From: Eledone cirrhosa | Taxonomy: Eukaryota | Assembly: GCA_964016885.1 (NCBI GenBank) | Contig: OZ024748.1 | Span: 54,188,001-54,252,000, forward strand | DNA length: 64,000 bases | Direction: 5' to 3' | Notes under the pieces: model-generated | What the model saw: the letters and a program-made list of their open reading frames with translations, nothing else | Databases searched by the model: none | What the model was told of the DNA's origin: nothing | Shown here: positions 1 through 13,841 of the stretch, piece after piece | Layout: every line of letters begins with the position of its first letter | Numbering within the stretch: position 1 is the first letter of the stretch | Made by a program: the position numbers and the translations under genes

Positions 1-107
1 AGTACCAGTAATACACTGGCCTTGTGTTGTGCCAAAAGTAGAAACAATTATATATATATATCATTAATATGATATATATATTTAATATTCTTTATATATA
101 TATGTAT

Positions 108-245
108 GTAGTTACGTCCCTTTACGATCTGAGTTCAAATCCCGCCGAGGTTGACTTTGCCTTTCATCCTTACGGGGTCGATAAAATAAAGTACCAGTAA
201 TGCACTGGGGGATTGCTGGCCTTGTCCCTAAAGTAGAAACAATTA
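108..245 (+). mobile_element. tRNA-derived SINE, 5'-truncated (family S1)
   Basis: B-box GAGTTCAAATCC, central GCCTTTCATCCTTACGGGGTCGATAAAATAAAGTACC and tail TTGCTGGCCTTGT..AAAGTAGAAACAATTA; near-identical to copies at 13842 and 20911. A tail-only piece lies at 1-50. Confidence 0.9.
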
Positions 246-343
246 TATATATGTATGTATATAATATTCATTTCATATGTGTGCATATATATATAATATA
301 ATATGTATGACATATATATATATATTCAGTATATAAATATATA

Positions 344-464
344 TAATTGTTTCTATTTTTGGCCCAAGGCCAGCAAAGACCCAGTACATTACTGGTACTT
401 TATTTTATCGACCCCGTAAGGATGAAAGGCAAAGTTAACCTCGGCGGGATTTGAACTCAGATCA
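344..464 (-). mobile_element. SINE S1 fragment, inverted relative to 108-245
   Basis: Reverse complement of the same B-box, central motif and tail. Confidence 0.9.
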
Positions 465-529
465 TAATATATATATATATATAATATTCATTATAAATGT
501 ATATATATAGTGCATGTACGTGTGTGTGT

Positions 530-1859
<1,330 letters not shown>

Positions 1860-2320
1860 CGAAACCATAAATGATTTCTTTTATTTCAATGTCGATGTAG
1901 TTCGTTGGTGAGGGATAGTAATGTTTTTACCGAGCCAATACCAGTAATACACGGTCATCACAACGTTGTATTGTTTCCATCTGTCACTAGCTTTAGGAAA
2001 CTTATGAATCAATTCATTTCCAAACATAACCATCCCGCTTCTATTTTGATATTCGTTTTTTATGACCTGTACCAGGGACTATTTTATCAAATGATTCCAT
2101 ATTTTTTTAAAGACTGTTCAATGTTATTTGAGGGAGATAAAGCAGCTATTTCTAGCAGGACAAGCGATTACATAGAAGTGACTTTCGTTGGCCCTCTCTG
2201 TTCTGGACTTACCTTACCTATAAACTATTAAGCTTATGGTCACACACACACCATCGGAGGCCTCGTCTTATAAAATATAATTTTATTCTACAATTAGTTT
2301 TTATTCTTTAACACTAAATC

Positions 2321-2352
<32 letters not shown>

Positions 2353-2357
<5 letters not shown>

Positions 2358-2425
2358 TGTCCAAAAAAATGTATATAGTTATTTGAATTTTGTTGAAGTG
2401 TGTATACAATTTTGGGGACACCCTG
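2353..2425. mobile_element. Short palindromic Tc1/mariner-type MITE
   Basis: Ends CAATGTGTCCAAAAA / TTTTGGGGACACCCTG (CAGGGTG-type TIR), flanked by TA; second copy at about 32342-32418. Confidence 0.7.
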
Positions 2426-2536
2426 TATATATATATGTATATAATGTATATATATATATAACATATATATATATATATAATATATAACATGTATATAATA
2501 TATAACATATATATATATAATATATAACATATATAT

Positions 2537-2572
<36 letters not shown>

Positions 2573-2835
2573 ATATTTAACATATATATATATATATATA
2601 ATATATATAACATATATATATATAGAATATATAACACATATATATATATAGAATATATAACACATATATATATATATAATATATAACACACACACACATA
2701 TATATATATATAATATAACACACACATATATATATATATATAATATATAACATATATATAATATATAATATATAACACATATATATATAATATATAACAC
2801 ACACACATATATATATATAATATATATAATATATA

Positions 2836-2881
<46 letters not shown>

Positions 2882-3052
2882 TAATATATAACACACATAT
2901 ATATATATAGGAACGAGTAGGACCCCGACGGCTGAGCTCAAGCCGTTTCGACGGCTAATTCTGGACTAAAACTATTACCCACTCTACTACCCTAAGTATT
3001 TTAGTACTTTGGTGCGTTATGGTCCACCTGGTTCCTTACCACATTTCCTTCG

Positions 3053-3120
<68 letters not shown>

Positions 3121-3126
3121 TAATAT

Positions 3127-3171
<45 letters not shown>

Positions 3172-3179
3172 TATATATA

Positions 3180-3222
<43 letters not shown>

Positions 3223-3226
3223 TATA

Positions 3227-3312
<86 letters not shown>
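2426..3312. repeat. (TA)n/(CA)n compound microsatellite fields
   Basis: Visible directly; a non-repetitive insert lies at about 2910-3054. Confidence 0.95.
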
Positions 3313-3316
<4 letters not shown>

Positions 3317-3898
3317 TGCATAGTTGTTTGAAATTTTTTATCCAAAATTCTTTAGAGAAGGGCCTCAAATTTCATATAACTTAGGACCCGAGCAGGTGAA
3401 AGTTTGGCCTAGGGCCCTCCATGAGTTTGTTGATGTATGTCTTTGTTGTATGCATGGCCGGATTAAGCGTCCTTTGGGAGCTACCAGACTGACTGACTGA
3501 AAATTTCGTCGGGGCCATTCCCTGAACGTAATTTTAATACATTATATTATTTGAGATTGTAAAAAAGTAATAATAATAATTTGACGTCCCCCTTTAAATA
3601 TTGTGTGTGTGTAGATGCATAGATATTGCCTATATTGACATTGCTAAAACCAACTGCATCTGGCGTGATTCTCCTCATATAGGCAACAGCTGTTGTGCCC
3701 ATGTCTCACCTGTGTGTATCTATGTGTGTGTATGTGTTAAAGTATGTATGTATATACTGAAAGGTCTGTAATTAAACACACATACATCAATCACGTAAAT
3801 ATATATAATATAGTTGAAATATATTGAAAATATTAATAAGTAATGGGAGGAGACGAAGCAATCACACAATTCAGACGTACGTGTGTGGCGTTTATATT

Positions 3899-3929
<31 letters not shown>

Positions 3930-3994
3930 TTATACATGCAGGGAGAGAGAGTGCCATTATATATATATTTATACATGCAGGGAGAGAGAGTGCC

Positions 3995-4030
<36 letters not shown>

Positions 4031-4242
4031 AAAGCCTATAAAAAATATACATACCGCATATACTCACTCACAGAAACACAGTCATACACATACACAGGTG
4101 TATTAAGGTTGCATTGGGGCCCCTGGCTGACAATTTCATTGGGACACTTGCCAAACTGATTTATATGTTAAAAAATAAAAATCTGGGTCTCCATGTCAGA
4201 CCAACTCCACCCATTCGTTATTAATCCCCTACTGCATTCGCC

Positions 4243-4309
<67 letters not shown>

Positions 4310-4677
4310 ATATATATGTGAGTATATATATATATACATGTATATAGATTCACACACGTTTGTGTCAGGATTGTGTTTAGATGTCGGGGCGGTTTTTTAT
4401 GTTCATGGATATCTTTAGATTGGAGTAACTTTTCGCGTTTATGTTTATATATACATATATATATATATATATAAACAAACAATATAGAATAAATATACAC
4501 ATATGTATTTGTATATATATATATATATATATATGTATGTTTGTGTGTGATTAATTTCCCAGTTTACTATCGAGCGGTTTAAGCTTGACCAACGTGCTTT
4601 GGACTCTACAATATCCTTAACTCTGGAGCACTAAATTGAATAATGGGATAACTGGTCATAAACTAATAACGTCTCGT

Positions 4678-4743
<66 letters not shown>

Positions 4744-4869
4744 ATATACAGTGAATGTGTATGTGACATAGTTATATGAAATAATGATTTATCCAGGCTG
4801 GGATTGTTAACATCAGTTTGATTTTGACTCCAGTATTAATAAATGTGGTGGAACAGGCGTTGAGAAAAC

Positions 4870-4937
<68 letters not shown>

Positions 4938-5598
4938 CCTTTATTTTTAATGATCGCATTTGCCAATACTATCTAATGTAAATCTCAGATACGCGATATC
5001 ATCATCATCTTCGTCATCATCATCATCATCATCATCATCGTTATCGTTATCGTCGTCACAGACATCAATAATGAACTCCCGTCGTGTCCTGCATTGCAAT
5101 GACTTAATTTAAAAGAAAAGAAGAAAAAAATAATAATAACAATAATACTAAAATCCTAAAAATATGACATCAACGTCACAGCTACTCATCCCACAACCAC
5201 CTCCCACCCTCCACCTTTTACTTGCACAGTCTCTATCATACCGGATTTTAATGTCTAATTAAGAAGTCGTTGTTGTTGTCGTTGTTGTTGTTGTTACGAC
5301 CATCATCGTCAGTTAGTTGGATAGTTATGATTTTCCTCCATTTTCTCTTGGTAATATTTGTGTGGTAATGTGTGTGTATGTATGGATATATATATATGTG
5401 TGTGTGTGTGTGTGTATACGTATGTAATAAACTGAAGATAATATGTGATACCGATTCTCTTCTTTTTTATAATATTGGCACTTCGTCTGATACCATAAGG
5501 TATGATACCCACGTCGTAGAGTGCTTACGTTTGATTACACCAATATCGGTCGATTGCTTGACCAACCAACACTGATTACTTGAAATTTATATATATAT

Positions 5599-5700
5599 AG
5601 TAATAATAATAATAATAAATTTGAAGACTAAAATCCAAAAAGTTAAGGGTGAAAGCAGCGATTCTTTGCTTAAACTTTAATCTGTTATTTTAATAAATAT
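5599..5700 (+). mobile_element. Internally deleted copy of the TA-inserted hairpin/HHR element at 36369-36556
   Basis: Both ends (AGTAATAATAATAAATTTGAAGACTAAA and GTTAAGGGTGAAA..TTAAACTTTAATCTGTTATTTTAATAAA) match the reverse complement of 36369-36556. Confidence 0.8.
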
Positions 5701-6051
5701 ATATATAAACTCATATTTGTACTGCCTCTCTGTTTTTGTTCCTATATCCGAAATGTTAAGACTATATTTATATATATAGTCTTAACATTTCGGATATCTC
5801 TCTCTACGCGCTCTCACACAGACATATGTATCATGAAATCTAATGGTTTTGCCGTCGCTAAAGTCTTTCAAAAGATCTGGGTACTGCACAAAAGAACTAA
5901 TTCTTGCGCTTGCTACTCTCTTGTATTCATGAAATATTGTCCTAGTTGGACATTCCTGTTTTATTAACTTCTTTCTCTTCTAAGACTGAAGGTCTTTCTA
6001 GCAACAAAATATTGTCACTGGCTTACAACCTTTCTGCCTTGATATATTCCT

Positions 6052-6100
<49 letters not shown>

Positions 6101-6129
6101 CCGTTTCGACAGCTAGATTATATATATCT

Positions 6130-6320
6130 AGGGAGGAGTGTAACTTGGAGTTACTGCAGGTTCACCCGGGTGAGCACTCGATGTTTAGGTTCACTTCTGT
6201 GTCGAGGTGTAGAGCTATACAGAGTGTAATATATTGAAAGGATAACAAGGACGATTGGTTACTCCTTCATTACATTTATTGGTAGGTGACGCGCGTTTCG
6301 CCACTGATCAGCTCAAGGTT
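6130..6320 (-). mobile_element. Penelope-like 3' end with degenerate hammerhead-like core
   Basis: Minus strand TGAGCTGATCAGTGGCGAAACGCGCGTC followed by AATAAA, running into (TA)n. Confidence 0.5.
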
Positions 6321-6387
6321 CGATCTGTATCGATCTTACCCGACTCTATAATCGGCAGCTCGACGGATCCTTTAAAATGCTATAAGA

Positions 6388-6449
<62 letters not shown>

Positions 6450-6692
6450 AAAGTTCTATTTAAAATTGTTGGGATACAACAAGTAAATATTTTTAACACT
6501 GATATAAAGCACTCGACAAATTTTTGGAGTAGATATACGATATTAATATATGTATAATGAAATAAATATGGTTTTATAAATATAGTTTCCATTTATTAAT
6601 ATCGTATATATATATATATATATATATAATCGTATTACATTAAGCTAAAATTGTTTCTATTCACACACATACATATATCATCTTTCTCTCTC

Positions 6693-6743
<51 letters not shown>

Positions 6744-7249
6744 GAAAAAGGAAAAGAATGACTTCACTTGTAGTTGGTATTCTATAACAATTTAAGTTTA
6801 TAATTTTGCTATGTTAATCTATCTATCTATCTCTTTCTATTCTTGTTAATACGCCTTATAACTTCGTTGATGTTGCCTATCCTAGGTGGTCTTTTAGGGC
6901 GTTTTAATGATAGGAACCCCAGTCCCTTACCGTTTGTTTCTTTTTTCCCACTTGTGACAGGGGGCGGGGTTTGAACACAGACAGTTAGATCATATATACC
7001 GCTAGCCATGGCAACCTATCCGACACTCACGCTAAACAATCCCGTTAATTCACATGTATAAGCTGACAGGTGACTTCATTTATCGACCGCCAAAAGATGA
7101 GACATTGAATGGTGATCTCGGCAGCATTTGAGACCAGATGTCAGTCAGCCGTAACAAATCTTACAAGCCATTCGATGTCCTAACGATTATGTCAGTGATT
7201 ATTGCAACAGTCTTTTATTATATTTTTTTCTATCATACCTATCTATCTA

Positions 7250-7303
7250 TACCAGTAACGCACTGGGTAATTGCTGGCCTTGTGCCTAAAGTAGAAACAA
7301 TTA
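7250..7303 (+). mobile_element. Severely 5'-truncated SINE S1 with 20-bp target-site duplication
   Basis: S1 tail flanked by ATTATATTTTTTTCTATCAT at about 7217-7236 and 7300-7319. Confidence 0.8.
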
Positions 7304-7329
7304 TATTTTTTTCTATCATGTTCTTTTGT

Positions 7330-7640
7330 ATTCTTATTCTTCTTCTTCGCCCATTTATTCCTGAGAAGGTTGTGGGGGAAAGAGTCTTCAAACACTCCCT
7401 CCAGAAGGTCCTGTCAGAAGTAACCGTCTCCAACTGATCCGGCTGGGTCCCCAAGCGTGACCAACCAAGCTCATGGATGTTATCCAACTATCTTGCTCGG
7501 GGTTTACCCCTGGGTCTCCTACCTGTTGGTTCTGCCTGTAAAATCTGTCCAGCGATTCTTTCTTCAGACATTCTAACCACATGCCCATCGGAACTGTGAT
7601 CTCTCAATTCGGAGAAGTGGCGGCTCTAACTGGAGTGACT
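7330..7640 (-). mobile_element. RTE-clade LINE 3' fragment (pseudogenised RT C-terminus)
   Basis: Minus strand reads LLRIERSQFR/GHVVRMSEERIAGQILQAEPTGRRPRGKPRAR*LDNIHELGWSRLG..SDRTFWRECL with a frameshift and a stop; (GAA)n tail. Matches the RTE 'WFGHV.RM..GRRPRGRP' signature. Confidence 0.88.
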
Positions 7641-8251
7641 CTCTCATCTCCTTTGTATTCATGGCTTAAAATCACGCCGAGGAAATTATCTATCATTCAT
7701 TCACACTAAGGTATCAAATGGTTTCGAAGTAATAAGTAACAATTGAACCGCTTCGAGATTTAATCGATTATTCGCCCTCACACAAATTGACGGCCTTGTG
7801 CTTGCTTTAGAAATCCACATTGTTATGTGAAAACAACGCAACCGAGTTGTGTAAATTTTCAAAAATAGACACCTTTGATAACACTTAAGATAACAATTTT
7901 ATGTATCTCTTCTGTTGTGTACGGCTTACTTCCGCTTACTCTATTGCACACACATCTATTTATGTGTATGTACATACATACATACATACACAAACACATA
8001 TATAATGTAGAAAGAGACTTTTCACGGTGTTGAACACACAAACCGAAACCGTTTGGCGCCGCATCGGGATCTTACCCGCCCTCTTTATATATATATATAT
8101 ACACACATACACATTATACCTTCAGAATCAGACATATACACGCACACATAATTCATGGCTCTCTATATATTCACATATAATGTATGAAGACATGTATCGA
8201 ATAATATGTATGTGTAACTGTTTCATGTAATTATGTATGTAGATACACACT

Positions 8252-8302
<51 letters not shown>

Positions 8303-8600
8303 GTATATGGTCTTTTTCCCCTCGTCTGTGTCCTGTGTGCACTCTATTTTGAATATATATATATATATATGGGTCATTTGTATATCACATGATATTGTAC
8401 GTCGATATGATCAGCCGCTCTTTTAATACAAATATAGATATGCACTTACACACATTCATATATGTATGTATGTATATATATATATGTATATATATATGTG
8501 ATCTTATATTATGCATACTCCAGTCCCACAAACTGTAGAGTGCTTCTTATCCGATATCTGCATTGCTTTATTGTACTACAATAAAACTCACCTCCTACAT

Positions 8601-8650
<50 letters not shown>

Positions 8651-8792
8651 TACATACACACACACGGGTTTTTTCTAGTAATTTTGAAGTATGGTAGGCA
8701 CACAGACATATTTAATATGCTTTATATTATAGTATATATAAATATATATTTATGTAAAACAAGTTGACAGGAAATATTGGGACAGTTTCAAA

Positions 8793-8994
8793 TTTAAAAT
8801 ATAGTCGTCCGTACGTAAATTATTATAATAGTATTCGATATCCTGGTATACGGGATATTCGGGGTTTCGATTCCTCGTAAGCGCCTCTGTTCGCGTTTTT
8901 TCTTGTCACCCGGTGTACTTTACCCGATTCTCTCTATTATTTGTAATGATCAACTATTATTCCAGTAAATTACGTTGGGACGACTATATTCAAA
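8793..8994. mobile_element. MITE-like element with about 40-bp imperfect terminal inverted repeats
   Basis: AATATAGTCGTCC (8798-8810) and GGACGACTATATT (8978-8990) pair perfectly, with imperfect extension inward. Confidence 0.6.
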
Positions 8995-9101
8995 TATATA
9001 TACATCACACACCTATTTTTACGTACTCTCACACACACGCATATATATCTATATATTTATTTTTATAATTACATATTGCTGTCTCTCTTAACCCCACAAT
9101 C

Positions 9102-9149
<48 letters not shown>

Positions 9150-9848
9150 CCAGTTATTTCTGTATACATACTATTGTGGCTTCACGTTTAGATAGGAGTT
9201 TGGGCGACTGAAACTGTGCGGAAACACGGTGTTTTTATGTATATGTGTGTACGTATATAATGTGTGTGCATTTGTTTACGCTATGATCCGTTGACCCTTC
9301 TTTGCCTTGTAACATAGCAGTTCGACAAATAGATATCGATAAAACGAATACAAGTCTGGTAAAAAAGCGTATTATGATCGATATAATAAATCACATTTTC
9401 TCACTCACTCACTCACACACTCTCTATTTCCTTCCTATCCCTCTATCCCACTCGCTCCTCTCTTAACGTTGTAATGTGTATCTGGAGTTTCCAGACAGGA
9501 TTACCCTAGCGTCCCTATTCCATTAGTATGTAGGGCCAGATTGGGAGCAGTTGGTCCAATTGGTTTAAGTTTGGCTACTGCCAGTTACCTTTATTGATAG
9601 CAAACGTCTTGCAGGTGGGGTTCTAAGTCATGTCGATAGTGAGGAAAGGGGCCCTTTGAGCTGTTGTGTATGACTTATTGAACCTAAAGATCTGCATGGG
9701 CACTACTTGCTTTATTGACAGTGATTGTCTTTTGCAGGCATACGTGTGTAACCATCATATATCTATATATATTTTAGGTGTGTATTGTATGTGTATATAT
9801 ATATATATATATAAGAATAAACGTGCTGCGTGGTTGCTAATAGGTTAC

Positions 9849-10382
9849 ATATGAATAAAGTTAGTCCTTCACCAGTGATCTTCCAACCATCATTGGTATT
9901 TCATCGCTTTAAAGACCATATACCTCCGGTTGGTGCGAGCAACGGCTAAAAAAAGTCGTTGGGACACGTAAATAAAGGGGACATGAGAGTGTAAACAAAC
10001 AAAGCTGGTGAAGCAACGAAAAGTGAGGAAGAAGGAGTCAAGTCCCAAATTTCCATGAATATAAGTTCGGTGAAATCGTGAACGAGAGAGAATAAAGACC
10101 ATCAAACCTGGTTGGAATGTGAACCAGGTTTGATGGTCTTTATTCTCTCTCGTTCACGATTTCACCGAACTTATATTCATGGAAATTTGGGACTTGACTC
10201 CTTCTTCCTCACTTTTCGTTGCTTCACCAGCTTTGTTTGTTTACACTCTCATGTCCCCTTTATTTACGTGTCCCAACGACTTTTTTTAGCCGTTGCTCGC
10301 ACCAACCGGAGGTATATGGTTTTTAAAGCGATGAAATACCAATGATGGTTGGAAGATCACTGGTGAAGGAATAACTTTATTC

Positions 10383-10386
<4 letters not shown>
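9849..10386. repeat. Near-perfect palindrome, 265-bp arms, 8-nt spacer; probably an inverted Penelope pLTR segment
   Basis: Arms 9849-10113 and 10122-10386 are reverse complements with two mismatches seen; spacer GGAATGTG; the identical ORFs on both strands in the track confirm it. Confidence 0.97.
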
Positions 10387-10422
<36 letters not shown>

Positions 10423-10544
10423 ATATAACGAATCGGTAGGTGGGTTTGTTATCCAGTCATTTCAATTGGCCACAGAAATACGTATTATGTAATTAGGTAA
10501 CAATAAAGCAAGTTACTGGAATCTGGCCTTCTCATATTTTCATT

Positions 10545-10603
<59 letters not shown>

Positions 10604-10827
10604 TGATGAGATGTTAGTATCTATGACTAAAAAGACCATTATTCAACATTGTATTCCATACTTAAGCAAAGTAGAGTGTGGATATTATCATAGAATATAA
10701 TGTGTGATGGGTTAAGCTTGACTGATGGGCATCATATCCTATAATATATAAACCATGTTATATATATGTGTGTGTATATCATCCTCCTCTGTTCTTCATG
10801 GTGTTTCATTTCCCCACTCTTTCTTTA

Positions 10828-10863
<36 letters not shown>

Positions 10864-11540
10864 GTTTGTTCCTGTCTGCTGTTAGCCCCTTTCTCCCTAT
10901 TGCTCCCTTTTAATTCATTATCTTTCCTTATCTTTCTGTATCTTCTATTTTATCCCTCCCTCCCCTCCCAATCCCCTTCCCCTCTCTCTATACATCTTCA
11001 TCTGCCTGCAATCTCTCTCTGTCTCTCCTTCTACCCTTCACTCTGACCACCCCCTTATGACCATTTCCTTTATCAGATACCCCTCCCCCCTCACACATTT
11101 ACATCCCCTCTCCATAACTCTGTGCCTTTAACGGCTGTGGTGGAGCAGGGGGTGGGGTGACGAACACCCTCCCATCTCTCATTCTTTACCCACCACCCCT
11201 GTTGTGAATATTTTAGGATGGCAGGCTAAGTTCATTAGTTTAAGACAGGTGGGGGGAAGGAGGAAGGGCTGAGAGGAAGAGGTAGATGATACAGAGGAGG
11301 TGGTGGTGGTGTAGGAGGAATCTGTTCCTTATGGAGATAATGTGAATTCCAGTTTGTCTCCTCATCTTTCTTGCCCCATTCCCACAGGCTCAAACACACA
11401 CATATCTATGTATATATAAATATGCATCCATACACCTAGTATCTTACAGAATATATATGTATATATAACCCACAGAAGCATGGAAAATAGCTGTTAAATG
11501 GTGGTGATGATGATTGTTAGTGTATGTATATTTATACATG

Positions 11541-11591
<51 letters not shown>

Positions 11592-11975
11592 TTACATCTA
11601 GTGATGATGATAGCTGTGGTAGTAGAGATGATATGGGTAAATGAATCATGTATTGTGTAGCGTTAAAAAAGAGTGAACTAAGGGAAATAACTCAAATGGC
11701 ATAATTGTATGACTGGTTAACTCCACTAGGTGGTGATATTCAGCGTGATATGTATGCAAAAAATCGTGAATGAAGTGAATCTCACCTCTTGGAGAATAAA
11801 ACTGAATCGTAGTAGTAATTTTTAGTGTCTCTCAAGAGAAATGGGAGCTATTGGTACATGGTTTAGGAGTTCACTTCTTGCTGTGTGACACCGTTGCTAA
11901 GTGTTTTCTAAAGCCTCGCATTGACTGATGCCATGTGAGTATACTTTGATAGATGGTAACTTCAGAAGTCCATTG

Positions 11976-12013
<38 letters not shown>

Positions 12014-12249
12014 ATTTAACGTATTAGTATGCACTCTGTTTTCATTTGGATTGGTATCTTAAGGATACTAACTTAATTAAAAAATCGAGTGAGTGGGAAA
12101 ACGATCGAATATTTTTCGGTCATATCTGATGACTTTGTTTCAGTATTATATATATATATATATTTATATATTAGGTGATTCAGTAGTTTAGTGATTTACT
12201 GAGGAAGGTATTAATACTAACATCTATGCGTTAGCAGAGTGTATATATT

Positions 12250-12285
12250 AAAAACAAAACAAAGTTTCACATTGAGCTTTTTATT
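12250..12285 (-). terminator. Candidate polyadenylation signal plus downstream U-rich element
   Basis: AATAAA at 12285-12280, then ..CAATGTGAAACTTTGTTTTGTTTTT on the minus strand. Confidence 0.45.
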
Positions 12286-12297
12286 GATTAGGCTCAG

Positions 12298-12351
12298 TTA
12301 TGAATGTTTCACAGATGAATCCTGAGCCAGGGACCCATCCCAGTGAAAATT
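12298..12351 (-). CDS. Candidate terminal coding exon of the minus-strand gene (phase 0 NFHWDGSLAQDSSVKHS*; phase 2 IFTGMGPWLRIHL*)
   Basis: Acceptor TTGTTGCTTTAGTTATTTCAG|AATTTTCAC, non-repetitive sequence, followed at once by AATAAA and a U/GU-rich tract. Confidence 0.5.
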   Translation of the reverse strand, partial: NFHWDGSLAQDSSVKHS

Positions 12352-12439
12352 CTGAAATAACTAAAGCAACAACTGTACCGAAATAACACCATAGTGTTGT
12401 ACACACACACACACACACACACACACATATGTCTAACAT

Positions 12440-12815
12440 AGTTGGTATTAGGAAAGGCATCCAGCTTTAGAAACCAATCCAAAAGACAGATCTGTGCAAG
12501 CAAGACGGCTTCTGCAGACCTGACAACCCATCTAACCCATACAAGCATGGAAAAATAGATGTTAAATAATGATAATGTTGATGTTAAATGATGATAATGC
12601 CATAATAAAATGCCCCCAATAAAGTGATTGGCATTAAAAAGACATCCAGTTGTAGAAACAATGCTAAAACAGAACATATGAGTAAGGCAGGTTCATCTGG
12701 CCTGTTAAATCTCAGAACATGACAACCTGTCTAACCCATGCCAGCATGAGAAACATAGAAAATTGTGCACTGTGATGATTTATATAATTGATGATGATGA
12801 TGATGATGATGATGT
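12440..12815 (+). mobile_element. Two degenerate SINE 3' parts with RTE-derived tails
   Basis: TTGG(T/C)ATTAGGAAAGGCATCCAGCT..AGAAAC..AACCCATGCCAGCATGGAAAA..GTTAAA(TGA)n pattern occurs twice; also at about 24520-24664, 24810-25130, 29490-29620(-) and 55090-55210. Confidence 0.7.
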
Positions 12816-13485
12816 AATGTATAGTGAAGTATATCTTAGCAAGATTGCCCTTTCTTCCATACCAAACAATAAAAGTAAAAGAACCACACATGTATTAAAC
12901 ATGGGTGTGGCAGTGATGATGGAAGTGTGGTTGTGGTGCTGATGGTAGTAGGAGTAGTACTGTTTCATTTCTTTATCTTACTAATATTAATGGTGATGAT
13001 GATGATGATCATCATCATCATCATAATTATCATCCTTATTGTCATCATATATTTGACAGCTTAGTTGTAACAATTGTGGTGATGTTGTTGTTGGAAATAG
13101 ACGGATCGGGTTTGGTTGGGTTGGTTACTTAATGAAGGAAAATCCATTCAAAATCAGAGATTTGGGGATTTGAATGGTAAATGGGGTCAATCTCTTCCTT
13201 TTTGCAGCCTCCTGCAGTGCCATGTCAACATCATCACCATTATCACCTTTATGTCATCATCTTCGTCATCAATGTCATCATCGTCCTTGCTATTATCATC
13301 ATTCCTATCGCCATTTTCCTCATCATCTTCCTAATCACACTACTCATCATAATCATCATCATTAACATTATCATAACCACCATTAGTATCATTCAGATTG
13401 CAATCTTCCTTCGTTACCTCCATCAACACCATCACCACCACCATTATCTTCATCATCTTAATAATCATCATCATCGCCATCATCG

Positions 13486-13810
13486 TTAACCCTCTTGATA
13501 TCATACTGCCTGAAACCAGCTCTGGTTTTAATGGTACAAAACTGTTTGTTTTAAAGTGTTTATATTTATCTAAAAAAACCTTCAATCATAATTTTATGTA
13601 AGAACCTTTATTAAGTTACGTTCAAAATACCATCTTATAACAAATTCATGTATATAAACGATGATGATGATGATGATAAATCACTAAATCCACTCAAATG
13701 TTGTTATTATTTTCAAAATTGCTTCACAATCATAGTGTCTTTCATGAGAAATATAAGGAAAGAATCATAGGCAGTGTCTTTCATAAGAAATATGGTAAGG
13801 AAACAGTTAG
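13486..13810. mobile_element. piggyBac-like non-autonomous MITE (about 320 bp; family M1)
   Basis: Starts TTAA|CCCTCTTGATATCA and ends ATGGTAAGGAAACAGTTAG; other copies end TGGTGATGAAAGGG|TTAA (52662). CCC..GGG termini with TTAA are piggyBac hallmarks. More than 12 degenerate copies (about 14430, 18230, 18560, 20030, 27040, 32450, 34650, 38250, 38830, 39150, 48521, 52470, 56800). Confidence 0.7.
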
Positions 13811-13841
13811 AATAACTGTAACCATCATTATTATCATTCAG

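Noticed and set aside
9890-10345. Two identical ORFs on opposite strands
   Set aside because: Consequence of the palindrome; no recognisable protein.
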